Notes: generated by a model not told the origin, from the letters alone. Counted from the stretch's first letter, positions 12,140 to 25,184 are shown. The stretch is DNA of 64,000 bases from Pristiophorus japonicus (GCF_044704955.1 NC_091984.1:144770001-144834000), one strand, 5' to 3'. Translations and numbers: made by a program.

Positions 12140-12605
12140 ATCAGCTGTGGCTCAATGCGTTGCACTCTTGCCTCGGAGTCAGACGGTTGTGGGTTCAAGT
12201 CCCACTCTACGGACTTGAGCACAAAAATCTAGGCTGACACTCCAGTGCAGTGCTGAGGGAGCGCCGCACTGTCGGAGAGGCCGTCTTTCGGATGAGACGT
12301 TAAACCGAGGCCCCGTCTGCCCTCTCAGGTGGATGTTAAAGATCCCATGCCACTATTTTGAAGAAGAGCAGGGGAGTTCTCCCCGGTGTCCTGGTCAATA
12401 TTTATCCCTCAACCAACATGACAAAAGAACAGATTATCAGGTCGTCATCACATCGCTGTTTGTGGGAGCTTGCTGTGCACAATTTTGCTGCCGTGTTTCC
12501 CACATTGCCACAGTGACTACACTCCAAAAGTACTTCATTGGCTGTAAAACGCTTTGAGATGTCCGGTGGTTGTGAAAGATGTAATATAAATGCAAGATTT
12601 TCTTT
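12140..12605 (+). mobile_element. Near full-length DeuSINE-type SINE
   Basis: tRNA-like head (TGGCTCAATG...GGTTCAAGTCC), central domain and ATATAAATGCAAG-(TTTC) tail. Related copies at ~21365, ~25185 and ~27390. Confidence 0.8.
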
Positions 12606-12826
12606 TTTTTTAATCACCTTAACATCAAACGCATTTATATTTAGATTAAACTGATCAAGCGAGGCAAAGAAGATGAAGAATTAATGTTGCTCGCCTCTAA
12701 TGGTTAATCACCAGCCAGGAGTTCATTAACCCAGCTCTCTGTTATCAGATGTGAATTATCCCCACAGTGACACACACACACACACACTAATTTTCACCTA
12801 TTAAAAACCCTTCTCCTCCCTTTCAG

Positions 12827-13155
12827 GCCGAGGGAAGACACCACCCACACTGACCCTGCTGCCTCCCTCCCCGGAGGAGCTCACGACCAAGGGCACTGCC
12901 ACCTTGGTGTGCCTCGCTGATCACTTCTACCCCGATGCGGTGGAGGTGGAGTGGAAGAAGGACGGGGCGAGCATTTCGGCCGGGGTCCAGACCAGCGACT
13001 ACCTGCGAGCTTCGGACAACACCTACAGTGTCAGCAGCCTGCTGACCCTCTCTGGCTCCGACTGGGAGTCCAACGCCAGCTTCTCCTGCAGCCTCACCCA
13101 CGAGAGCCTCTCCTCTCCCCTCAGCAAGGGGGTCAGGAGAGCAGAATGTGCGTAG
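12827..13155 (+). CDS. IGKC: Ig kappa (type III/NS4-like) constant exon, cluster 1
   Basis: Acceptor TTCTCCTCCCTTTCAG. Reads (S)RGKTPPTLTLLPPSPEELTTKGTATLVCLADHFYPDAVEVEWKKDG...YSVSSLLTL...FSCSLTHESLSSPLSKGVRRAECA*: C1-set domain with an inter-chain Cys and an open frame. Confidence 0.98.
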
Positions 13156-13312
13156 TGTGTCAGGGACAGACCGCGGGGGAGACGCAACTTTAAATAGAAC
13201 AGGGGGTGAGCCGGGAGGGCAAAGGTCATTGTCAGCACTGCATTTCTACTCTCTTCCTTCTCGGGACTGGGTCAGGGAAAGCATCTGAGGGTCAGGGGGC
13301 AAGGCAAGTTAT

Positions 13313-13460
13313 TGGGGCAGTGTCGAGGGAGCTTTACTCTGTATCTAACCCGTCCTGTCCCTGCCCTGAGAGTGTTTGATTGGACAGTGTTGAGGGAGCT
13401 TTACTATGTATCTAACCCATGTTGTACCTGCCCTGCGAGGGTTTGATGGAACAGTGTTGA
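13313..13460. repeat. ~65-bp minisatellite, about two units, in the 3' UTR
   Basis: CAGTGT.GAGGGAGCTTTACT.TGTATCTAACCC...CCTGCCCTG.GAG.GTTTGAT repeated. Confidence 0.85.
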
Positions 13461-13652
13461 CTCGTGCTGCCAAGTAAAATCTCTCGAAGATGCTGAAGAC
13501 TGTCAGCAGAGTAAAACTAATGTTAAACTGCAAAGTGCCGCTTCAGTAAGCAGACCCCCTCCCTGCTCACTCTGCTGTTACAATTCAAGGTTTAGTCCCC
13601 GTTTAAAGGGACAGGATTCTCACGGTGTGGAGAAAATCCCCACAACTGTTTT

Positions 13653-13753
13653 AATAAAGCTGCATTCTCCCTGTGAATGTCTCTAGCTCGCTCTCGCTGG
13701 GCTGTTTATTCAAGTTTTGTTTCTCTAAATGTGAATCTGTAAAAGACAATAAA
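13653..13753 (+). terminator. Candidate polyadenylation signals of the kappa transcript
   Basis: AATAAA at 13653-13658 and 13748-13753, each followed by GT/T-rich sequence. Confidence 0.7.
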
Positions 13754-14246
13754 CGTGAAGAATATTCTGTCTGTATCTGGCGAGTGCTTTGGAAATGTCC
13801 CACCTCCCCCTCAGCTGGATTGGCTGCATTTCAGTAAGTGTCTGTTCTGATTGGCTGGGTGGGCTGTCAATCAATGGCACGTCAGCAGGAGATTTGTTTC
13901 AAAGCCAATTATCAACCATTTTAAAATGATCAATTTTACCTCGAACCCCTGGAGTGCACAAGATTAAACACAGAGACACTAAAAGCTGCTGGGATTAAAC
14001 CCTCCCAGTCTGAGCATTGGCTCTCACTCTGCACACTGGGGGTGTTGGGGCAGCCCCCGATGGTGGGATCGCACTGTGCACTCTGTGCTGACATCTGGGG
14101 GCAGGAGGCCACAGTCACAACGTTGCATTCTCTCTCCTTAACGTGTGGCTCGTGGCAGCAGCACAAAACTGTACCGAGTGAGGCCTCAGCTTAGGGAGAG
14201 GAGCAGTCAGTGTATCACCGTGTGCATGTCCCTGAGTGTTAGTGTG

Positions 14247-14415
14247 GCTTACCCAGCACCGCCTGTAGGTGTGTGTGTATGTGTGATTGTTACCCAGCAC
14301 CGCCTGTCGGTGTGTGTGTGTGTTACCCAGCACCCTCTGTAGGTGTGTGTGTGTGTGTGAGTGTTACCCAGCACCCTCTGTAGGTGTATGTGTGTGTGTG
14401 AGTGTTACCCAGCAC
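14247..14415. repeat. Compound minisatellite TTACCCAGCACC..TGTAG(GT)n, about five units
   Basis: Visible directly. Confidence 0.9.
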
Positions 14416-14594
14416 TGTTATGTCGGCCTGAGGAGTGCTCCGCAGTGATGCTCCAGCTCCAGGGGGTGTCGGAAGTCTTTAGGGGACTGTGGGGGAGGAG
14501 GGGAGTGGAGGGGTGACCAGGGCGATGATCAGGGGCTGACCTTGTGTGGAACGGTGGGGACCAGGGCGATCAAGGGGGGGGGTGTTCTCAGGGA

Positions 14595-16140
14595 ATCTCA
14601 CCAATATCCTGTAAAGATGTAGCAGGACTTCTCTGCTTTTATACTCCATCCCCCTGACAATAAAGGGCAACATTCCATTGGCTTTCCTGATCACTTGCTG
14701 TACCTGCATACTAACTTTTTGTGTTCCATGCACCAGGAACCCCAGGTCCCTCTGTAGTGCAGCAGTTTGTAAGTTTTCTCCTTTTAAAAAATAAATTGCT
14801 TTCCTATTTCTGCCAAATGGATAACCTCACATTTTCCCACATTATACTCCATCTGCCAACGTTTTGCCCACTCACTGAGCCTGTCTATATCCCTTTGCAG
14901 ATTTTTAGTGTCCTCCTCACAATGTGCTTTCCCAGCCACCATCATAGGCAGTCCCTCGGAATCGGGGAAGACTTGCTTCCAATCTTAGAATGAGTCGTTA
15001 GGTGACTGAACAGTCCAATACGAGAACCACAGTCCCTGCCACAGGTGGGACAGACAGTCACTGAGGGTAAGGGAGGGTGGGACAGGTTTGCTGCACGTTC
15101 CTTCCGCTGCCTGCACTTGATTTCTGCATGCACCACGGCGATGAGATGCGAAGTGCTCAGCGCCATCCCAGATACACTTCCTCCACTTCGGGAAGTCTTT
15201 GGCCAGGCACTCCCAGGTGTCAGTGGGGATTTTGTATTTCATCAGGGAGGCTTTGAGGGTGTCCTTGTAACGTTCCTCTGCCCACCTTTGGCTAGTTTGC
15301 CGTGAAAGAGTTCCGAGTAGAGCGAGTATTCAAAAAGGAGTTAGATGTAGTCCTTACTACTAGGGGGATCAAGGGGTATGGCGAGAAAGCAGGAATGGGG
15401 CACTGAAGTTGCATGTTCAGCCATGAACTCATTGAATGGTGGTGCAGGCTTGAAGGGCCGAATGGCCTACTCCTGCACCTAGTTTCTATGTTTCTATGTT
15501 TGGGTGTCTTGTATCTGGCATGTGGACAATGTGGCCTGCCCATGGAGCTGATCAAGTGTGGTCATGCTTCAATGCTGGGGATGTTGACCTGGTCGAGGAC
15601 ACTAATGTTGGTGCCTCTGTCCTCCCAGCAAATTTTGCTACTTTACACTCAGTCCCTTCGTCATTAATAGAGATTGGAAATAATTGAGGCCCCAGCACTG
15701 ATCCCTGTGGCACCTCACTAGTTACTGTTTGCCAAAGGGAAAATGACCCATTTATCCTGACTCTGTGTTTTCTGTGAGTGAGCCAATCTTCTATCCATGC
15801 TAATATATTACCCCCAACCCCGTGAACTTTTATCTTGTGCCTTTTATGTGGCACCTTATCGAATGCCTTCTGGAAATCCAAATACACCACATCCACTGGT
15901 TCCCCTTTATCCACCCTGTTCTTTAAATCCTCAAAGAATTCCAGCAAATTTGTCAAACATGATTTCCCTTTCATAAAACCATGCTGACTCTGCTTGATTG
16001 AACTATGCTTTTCCAAATGTCCTGCTACTGCTTCCTTAATAATGGACTCCAGCATTTTCCCAACGACAGATGTTAGGCTAACTGGTCTATAGTTTCCTGC
16101 TTTCTGTCTGCCTCCTTTTTTAAATAGGGACGTTACATTT
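14595..16140 (-). mobile_element. CR1 fragment interrupted by an RTE-clade 3' fragment (~14940-15615), which itself carries a + strand CR1 tail (~15325-15495)
   Basis: CR1 motifs [14 protein letters not shown] and [12 protein letters not shown]-type C-terminus TWECLA..R..W...CPTCGRDCGSRIGLFSHL. Confidence 0.85.
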
Positions 16141-16204
16141 GCTGTGCTTTGCAGAGGGTGTTAAAAGGAGCGACGACATCCAGAATACCAGATTTTGCTT
16201 CAAT

Positions 16205-16615
16205 TCAACAACAACTTGTATTTATATAGCGCCTTTAACGTAGTGAAACGTCCCAAGGCACTTCCCAGGAGTATTATGAGATACAAAATTTGACACCGAG
16301 TCACATAAGAAGAAATTAGTGTCGGTGACCAAAAAGGTATGTTTTAAGGAGCGTCTTGAAGGAGGAAACAGAGGCAAAGAGGCGGCGAGGTTTAGGGAGA
16401 GAGTTCCAGAGCTTGGGGTCTGGGCAACAGAAGGCACGGCCACCAATGGTTGAGCGATTATAATCAGGGATGCTCAGGAGGGCAGAATTGGAGGAGCACA
16501 GACATCTCGGGGGCTTGTGGGGCTGGAGGAGATTACAGAGATAGGGAGGGGCGAGGTCATGGAGGGATTTGAAAACATTGATGAGAATTTTAAAAATCGA
16601 GGCATTGCTTAACCG
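16205..16615 (-). mobile_element. L2-clade LINE 3' end
   Basis: FKILINVFKSLHDLAPPYL...GGRAF....PKLWNSLP...FKTLLKTYLF, with a (TTG)n tail. Confidence 0.85.
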
Positions 16616-16849
16616 GAAGCTGATGACGGCCTCTACCCTCCCCTTTCCCCCGTCCCCCCGAGCTGCTCCCAAGCCTCGCTCTCTCCCCTCCCTCACTCCT
16701 GCCCTCCTCACACCCCATCCCTCCTTCTCCCTCCCCCCAATCCCAACCCTCCCATCCATCACCCTGCACTCCCTCCCCACCTCCGTGCCCCCCTACCTCA
16801 CATGCCTCTCCTCCCCCCCCCCCATCCCCTCTGTCCCTCCCAAACTGGA

Positions 16850-19800
16850 GTAGCCCATTCGACCCCTCGAGCCTGCTCCACCATTCAATGAGATCATGGC
16901 TGATCATCTATTACAACTTCATTTTCCTGCACTGTCCCCATATCCCTCGATTCCCTGAATATCCAAAAATCTATCGATCTCCGTCTTAAATATACTCAAC
17001 GACTGAGCCTCCACAGCCCTCTGGGGTAAAGAATTCCAACGATTCACTGCCCTCTGAGTGAAGAACTTTCACCTCATCTCAGTCCTAAATGGCCGACCCC
17101 TTATTCTGAGACTGTGACCCCTGGTTCTAGACTCCCCAGCCAGAGGAAACATCCTCCCTGCATCTATCCTGTCAAGCCCCGTCAGAATCTTGTACGTTTC
17201 AATGAGATCCCCTCTCATTCTTCGAAACACTAGAGAGTATGGGTCTCGTCTACACAGTCTCTCAATAGGACAATGCCCCATCCCAGATGTCCGTCTGATG
17301 TGTCAGCGTGTTTGTCACACGTGACGGAGCAGACAGCAGGAGTTCCACCAGCAACACAGGACGTTACCTCAGTGCCCGGCCCACTTTCCCCATCCACTTA
17401 CCACATTCTTACAGGTAAACGGGCTCAGCACCTGCCCTCAGCCGGTGAAATGTCTCCCCTCTACACCACAGGCTGCTCGTCATCTGTTCCCCATCTCACT
17501 CCTGAAAGAACTAACTCTGGCTGGGGCATAGCTCCCCTCCCCAAGTGGGCTCACTGTCCCAGTGTGAGCCCAGAGACTGAGCTCCCCAAGTGGGCTCACT
17601 GTCCCAGTGTGAGCCCAGAGACTGAGCGTGTCAGGCTAATCGACCGTGAGGTGTCAGCTGTGGCTCAGTCACTAGCACGCTCGGCTCTGAGAAAAGGAAG
17701 AAAGACTTGCATTTATATAGCGCCTTTCACAACCGCCAGACATCCCAAAATGCTTTACAGCCAATGAAGTAATTTTTGAAGTGTACTCACTGTCGTAATG
17801 TCGGATATGCAGGAGCCAATTTGTGCACAGCAAGCTCCCACAAACTGCAATGTGATGATGACCAAATAACCTGTTTTTGTTATGTTGATTGAAGCATAAA
17901 TATTGGCCAGGACACCGCAGTGGGTTTTGAACCCTCAAATTCTGACTCAGAGACTAGGGTGCTACCAACTGAGCCACTGGCTGACTCCATTTGGCCCATC
18001 TTGTCCGCGCTGGCCGACAAAGGGCTATCCAGCCTAATCCCACTTTCCAGTTCTGGGTCCGTAGCCCTGTAGGTTACGGCACTTCAAGTGCATATCCAAG
18101 TACTTCTTAAATGTGGAGATTGTTTCTGCCTCTACCACCCTTTCAGGCAGTGAGTTCCAGACCCCCCACCATCCTCTGGTGAAGGCATTTCATAAGAACA
18201 TAACAACATAAGAATTAGGAACAGGAGTAAGCCATCTAGCCCCTCGAGCCTGCTCCGCCATTCAACAAGATCATGGCTGATCTGGCCGTGGACTCAGCTC
18301 CACTTACCCACCCGCTTCCCAGAACCCTTAATTGCCTTATTGGTTAAAAATCTATCTATCTGTGATTTGAATACATTCAATGAGCTAGCCTCAACTGCTT
18401 CCTTGGGCAGAGAATTCCACAGATTCACAACCCTCTGGGAGAAGAAATTCCTTCTCAACTTGGTTTTAAATTGGCTCCCCCATATTTTGAGGCTGTGCCC
18501 CCTAGTTCTCGTCTCCCCGACCAGTGGAAACAACCTCTCTGCCTCTATCTTGTCTATCCCTTTCATTATTTTAAATGTTTCTACAATATCACCCCTCATC
18601 CTTCTGAACTCCAACGAGTAAAGACCCAGTCTACTCAATCTATCATCATAAGGTAACCCCCTCATCTCTGGAATCAGCCTCGTGAATCGTCTCTGTACCC
18701 CCTCCAAAGCTAGTATATCCTTCCTTAAGTAAGGTGACCAAAACTGCACACAGTATTCCAGGTGCGGCCTCACCAATACCCTGTACATTTGCAGCAGGAC
18801 CTCCCTGCTTTTGTACTCCATCCCTCTCGCAATGAAGGCGAACATTCCATTCGCCTTCCTGATTACCTGCTGCACCTGCAAACTAACTTTTTGGGATTCA
18901 TGTACAAGGACCCTCAGGTCCCTCTGCACCACAGCATGTTGTAATTTCTCCACATTCAAATAATATTTCCTTTTACTGTTTTTTTTTCCAAGGTGGATAT
19001 CCTCATATTTTCCGACATTGTATTCCATCTGCCAAACCTTAGCCCATTCGCTTAATCTATCTAAATCTCTTTGCAGCCTCTCTGTGTCCTCTGCACAACC
19101 CGCTTTCCCACTAATCTTTTTTGTCATCTGCAAATTTTGTTACGTTACACTCTGTCCCCTCTTCCAGGTCATCTATGTATATTGTAAACAGTTGTGGTCC
19201 CAGCACCGATCCCTGTGGCACACCACTAACCACTGATTCCATCCCGAAAAGGAACCATTTATCCCGAATCTCTGCTTTCTGTTAGCCAGCCAATTCTCTA
19301 TCCATGCTAATACATTTCCTCTGACCCCGCGTACCTTTATCTTCTGCAGTAACCTTTCGTGTGGCACCTTATTGAATGCCTTTTGGAAATCTAAATACAC
19401 CACATCCATCGGTACACCTCTATCCACCATGCTCGTTATATCCTCAAAGAATTCCAGTAAATTAGTTAAACATGATTTCCCCTTCATGAATCCATGCTGC
19501 GTCTGCTTGATTGCACTATTCCTATCTAGATGACCCGCTATTTCTTCCTTAATGATAGCTTCAAGCATTTTCCCACTACAGATGTTAAACTAACCGGTCT
19601 ATAGTTACCTGCCTTTTGTCTGCCTCCTTTTTAAAACAGAGGCGTTACATTAGCTGCTTTCCAATCCGCTGGTACCTCCCCAGAGTCCAGAGAATTTTGG
19701 TAGATTATAACGAATGCATCTGCTATAACTTCCGCCATCTCTTTTAATACCCTGGGATGCATTTCATCAGGACCAGGGGACTTGTCTACCTTGAGTCCCA

Positions 19801-21655
19801 TTAGCCTGTCCAGCACTACCCACCGAGTGATAGTGATTGTCTCAAGGTCCTCCGTTCCCACATTCACGTGACCAGCAATTTTTGGCATGGTTTTTGTGTC
19901 TTCCACTATGAAGACCGAAGCAAAATAATTGTTTAAGGTCTCAGCCATTTCCACATTTCCCATTATTAAATCCCCCTTCTCATCTTCTAAGGGACCAACA
20001 TTTACTTTAGTCACTCTTTTCCGTTTTATATATCTGTAAAAGCTTTTACTATCTGTTTTTATGTTTTGAGCAAGTTTACTTTCGTAATCTATCTTTCCTT
20101 TCTTTATTGCTTTCTTCATCATCTTTGCTGTTGTTTAAAATTTTCCCAATCTTCTAGTTTCCCACTAACCTTGGCAACCTTATACCCATTGGTTTTTAAT
20201 TTGATACTCTCCTTTATTCCTTGGTTATCCACGGCTGGTTATCCCTTCTCGTCCCGTCCTTCTTTTCACTGGAATATATTTTTGTTGAGCACTATGAAAG
20301 AGCTCCTTCAAGTCCTCCACTGTTCCTCAATTGTGCCACCGTTTAGTCTGTGTTTCCAGTCTACTTTAGCCAACTCTGCCCTCATCCCACTGTCGTCCCC
20401 TTTGTTGAAGCATAGTATGCTCGTTTGAGACACTACTTCCTCACCCTCAATCTGTATTACAAACTCAACCATACTGTGATCACTCATTCCGAGAGGATCT
20501 TTTACTTGGAGATCGTTTATTATTCCTATCTCATTACACAGGACCAGATCTAAGATAGCTTGCTCCCTGCTCCCTTCCCCTCACATACCCTCGAAACTTC
20601 CTACCAATTACTTTAAATCTATGCCCCCTGGTTGTTGACCCCTCTGCTAAGGGAAATAGATCCATCCTTTCCACTCTATCTTAGCCTATCATAATTTTAT
20701 ACACCTCAGTAAGGTCTCCCCTCAGCCTCCTCTGTTCCACGGAAAACACCCCCAGCCTATCCAATCTTTCCTCATGGCTAAAATTTTCCAGTCCAGGCAA
20801 CATCCTCGTAAATCCTTTGTGCAATTGGTTGTAAAGCACCTTGGGACGCCCTGAGGTTGTGAAAGGCGCCATATAAATTCAAGGCTTTCTTTCATTGAAG
20901 TGGGAGGGCCCTGATCCTGACTCTCACCCATTGTCCGCGCACTCTGACTCCCAGGAGGTCACGGGATCATTGGGAGCAGTGACCCTGCCTGACCCCGGTA
21001 CTTTGAGGCTAATTGTCGCCTCACCCTTGACCTCACCCCGGTGCTGGGCAGCAAGCTTTTAAATACAATCTAGAAGCTTCTACACCGTCACCCAACATGA
21101 AGCCTTGCTGAAGTGTGTTTATACAAGTGTGTCGCAATGTTCCCGGATAAAGTTCTCCGAATCTGTGTGTGATCTGAGCTTTCTCACTGCTGAGCCTGTT
21201 TCCCCTGTATCCACCCATCTACAGTTCGAGCTTCCTGCCAGTGAACAACGTCTTAACGGGACACTCAGTCTTTACCGACTCTTACTGTTAACCATTTCAG
21301 TGCTGAGTGTGTGCCAACCCTGCACTGCAGATGTTTATACAACAATCCAAGATGATTTTGAGTATCAGCCGTGGCTCAGTGCATTGCACTCTCGCCTCTG
21401 AGTCAAAAGGTTTGTGGGTTCAAGTCCCACTCCAGGGACTTGAGCACAAAAATCTAGGCTGACACTCCAGTGCAGTGCTGAGGGAGAGCTGCACTGTTGG
21501 AGGTGCCGTCTTTCGGATGAGATGTTAAACCGAGGCCCTGTCTGTACTCTCAGGTGGATGTAAAAGATCCCAGGACACTATTTTGAAAAAGAGCAGGGGA
21601 GTTCCCCCCAGTGTCCTGGTCAATATTTATCTGTTAAGCAACATGACAGAAGGAC
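16850..21655 (+). repeat. Direct segmental duplicate of cluster-1 J-C intron pieces, without exons
   Basis: ~16850-18190 matches ~5270-6640 and ~20580-21655 matches ~11350-12435, including non-TE sequence. ORF-track peptides recur (VTSVPGPLSPSTYHILTGKRAQH; LLKCVYTSVSQCSRIKFS). Confidence 0.92.
18190..20570 (-). mobile_element. Relatively young 5'-truncated CR1 LINE
   Basis: Long ORF2 pieces (279, 131 and 163 aa) and a tandem TAAGAACA-type tail. It splits the duplicated segment. Confidence 0.92.
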
Positions 21656-22139
21656 ACATTATCACCACCCTCTGAGTGAAGACGTTTATCCTCATCTCAG
21701 TTCTAAATGGCTGACCCCTTATTCGGAGACTGTGACCCCTGGTTCTAGACTCCCCAGCCAGAGGAAACATCCTGCCTGCATCGACCCTGTCAAGCCCTGT
21801 CAGAATTGTATATGTTTCAATGGGATCCCTTCTCATTCTTCTAAACTCTCGAGAGTATAGGCCTTGGAACTTGCGGAACCAAGGCGGGTAGATGGAGTTC
21901 TGATACAGATGAGCAATGATCTGATTGAATGGGGGAACAGGCTCGAGGGGCTGAATGGCCTCCTTCTGTTCATTGTGTCCAGCAGCAGCTGTATACCTCT
22001 CCGCAACCTCATCTTAACTTTTATCAGTCGCATCAGAGCCTTGATTCCCTCACCATGGGGCTGGTGTTTCCAGATCAATGTCCAGCCATGAGTCAGACTC
22101 AGTGAGCGCTGTCAGAGGATGGAAAGGCTGCTCTAACTG

Positions 22140-25070
22140 CATTGATTAATCACTCTATCTGAATGAAGATTTAACCTGTCTCTCAGGAGTTTTTTCCAAT
22201 AATTTTCCCACCACTGAGGTTAGGCTGACTGGTGTGTAATTACTCGGTCTATCCCTTTCTCCCTTTTTAAACAAAGATACAATGTTAGCAGTCCTCCAGT
22301 CCTCCTGCACCACACCTGTAGCCAGAGAGGATTGGAAAATTATGGTTAGAGCCTCTGCTATTTCCTCTTTTGATTCTCTTAATAGCCTGCGATACATTTC
22401 ATCCGGGCCAGGGGATTTATCCACTCTCAAAGCTGCTAAGCTCCTTAATACTTCCTCTCTCACTATGTTTATTTCATCTCACATTTCCCACTCCTCCTCC
22501 CTGATTGCAATGTCTACATCGCTTCTCTCTTTTTGAAAACAGACGCAAAATGTTCATTAAGAACCAGACCCACGTTTTACGCCTCCACACACAGATTACC
22601 TTTATGGTCTCTAATAGGCCCTACTCTTTCTTTAATTATCCTCCTGCTCTTAATGTATTTATAAAACATCTTTGGGTTTTCCTTGATTTTACTTGCCAAA
22701 ATGTTTTCCTGCTCTCTCTTTGCTTTCCTAATTTCCTTTTTAATTGCACCCCTGCACTTTCTATACCCCTCTAAAGTTCCTGCAGTATTGAGCCCTCGGT
22801 ATCTGTCATAAGCCTCCCTTTTTTAATTTATCCTACACTGTATTTCCCTTGACATCCAGAGGCCTCGAGATTTGTTAGTCCCACCCTTTTTCTTTAAGGG
22901 AACAGACTTACTCTGAAACCACAGGATTTCCTCCTTGAATGCCTCCCACTGCTCTGACACTGATTTACCTTCAAGTAGCCGTTACCAGTCCACTTTGGCC
23001 AAATCTCATCTCAGCTCAGCAAAATTGGCTTTTCCCCAACTGAGAACTTTTATTCCTGGTCTATCTTTGTCCTTTTCCATAACTACCCTAAATCTAACTG
23101 AATTATGATCACTGGCACCAAAATGCTCTCCCACTGATACCCATTCCACCTGCCCCTCTTCATCCTCCAAAACCAAGTCCAGAACCGTCCCCTCCCTTGT
23201 TGGGCTTGTTACAAACTGGCTAAAAAAGTTCTCCTGAATGCATTTTAGGAATTCCGCACCCTGTATACCTTTCACACTAATTTTATCCCAGTTAATATTA
23301 GGGTAGTTGAAATCCCCTGCTATAACTGCCCTATAGTTTTTGCACTTGTCAGAAATGGGCCCACGTATTTGATCTTCTCTCTCCCTCTGACTGTTTGGGG
23401 GTCTATAGTACACTCCCAGCAGTGTGATTACCCCTTTTTCGTTCTTCAATTTGACCTATATGGCCTCATTTGATGATCCTTCCGACATATCATCCCTCCT
23501 CACAGCTGTAATTGTTTCTTTCAATTGTTTCAGAACAGCGACCCCCTCCTTTTTTATCCCCCTCTCTATCCCGTCTGAAATCCTGTAACCAGGAATGTTG
23601 AGCTGCCATACCTGCCCTTCTTTCAGCCATGTCTCAGTAATAGCTATAATATCGTACTCCCGAGTGTCTATCTGTGCTCTCAGCTCATCTGCCTTATTCC
23701 CGAGACTCCATGCATTGAAGTATGTACCATTTAGCACTGCCAAACTGCCTTGTTGTCTATTTTCCAAGCTTTGTTTCCTCTGTCTTCCAAAATCACTTTC
23801 TATTTTTCTGCTTTCCAATTCCAGCTTTGCTTCTCTTCCCACTGAATCCATTCTCAGGATCCCATCCCCTGGCAAGCAAGTTTAAACCCTCCCCAAAGGC
23901 AATAGCAAATCCCCCCACAACGATATTCGTCCCGGCTCTGTTGAGGTGCAACCCATCCGGCTTGTACAGGTCCCACCTGCCCCAGAAATGGTCCCAATGC
24001 CTCAGGAAACTAAAGCCCTCTCTCCTGCAACATCTCTCTAGCCATGTAGTCATCTGCTCTACCCTCCTATTTCTGTAGTCACTATTGTGAGCTCAAAATA
24101 AAGTGTGACGTTAGTCTTTTTTGCAGGTCTCCAGAGTGCCCCCGCATCCTGTGAAGCCTCCTTAAATACCTGTACTCCCAAGGGATTATGGGATTCCTTG
24201 GGACTCCAGGGGATGAGCCCTTTGGTGGCTGTCCATAGTAAATACAAGTCCACATATATAACAACTAGCACGTGGCACTGGCAGTAATACGGAGATTACT
24301 ACCTTTTGATGTCTTGCTTTTTTATCTCTCTCCTTGGTCCCTACTCTCCCCCTGTAGGATCTCATCCCTCTTTCTACCTGTGTCATTGGTACAGATATGG
24401 ACCACAACCTCTGGCTGTTCACCCTCCCCCCTCAGAATGTACTGCAGCCACTCAGTGACATCCTTGACCCTGGCACCAGGCAGGCAACATACCATCCTGG
24501 AGTCACGTCTGCGGCCGCAGAAATACCTGTCTGTTCCCCTAACTATCGAATCCCCTACCACTATTGCTCTTCCACTCTTCTTCCTCCCCCCTGTGCAGCT
24601 GAACCACCCATGGTGCCGTGGACTTGGCTCTGGCTGCACTTCCTAGAGGAACCATCGCCCCCACCAGTACTCAGAACACAATACTGGTTGGAGAGCGAGA
24701 TGGACTCAGGGGACTCCTGCACTACTTGCCTGGACCTCCTCTTCTGTCTGGTGGTCACCCATTCCCTCTCTGCCTGCACACTCTTAAGCTGCGGGGTGAC
24801 CACCTCTAGAAACGTGCTATCCACGAATTTCTCAGCCTCGCGGATGCACCGCAGTGACTCCAGCCGCCGCTCAATCTCCGAAACGCGGAGCTCGAGTTGC
24901 TGTAGCTGGTGACACTTCCTGCACATGTGGTCGTCCAGGCCACGAGAAGCATCCAGGACTTCCCACATGGCACAGGATGTGCTCTCCACGGGACAGAACT
25001 GCCCTGCCATGTCTCTATTTAATAGACTGAGAATTGACTGAGCAGAAATAAACTTAAAACTATAAAAAAA
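22140..25070 (-). mobile_element. CR1 LINE 5' half: ORF1 (Cys-rich N-terminus, coiled coil, SGNH esterase) and ORF2 endonuclease
   Basis: CAMWEV..HMCRKC, IVVGDSIVRG..CCLPGARV and DGLHLNRAG in ORF1; IIAITETWL and YYRPPN in ORF2. An unrelated ~210-bp insert sits at ~24078-24290. Confidence 0.9.
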
Positions 25071-25184
25071 AACAAATAATAGCCTGGCCTACATCAGTTA
25101 GGCCATAATTTGTGGATTCTTTCACCCCACTGAGGGCGAACACCATCGATGGGCCATTAATGGTCTTAAATTTTCAACTCAGTC

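Noticed and set aside
12140-12225. tRNA genes (also ~21365, ~25185, ~35548)
   Set aside because: Degenerate tRNA-derived SINE heads attached to SINE bodies.
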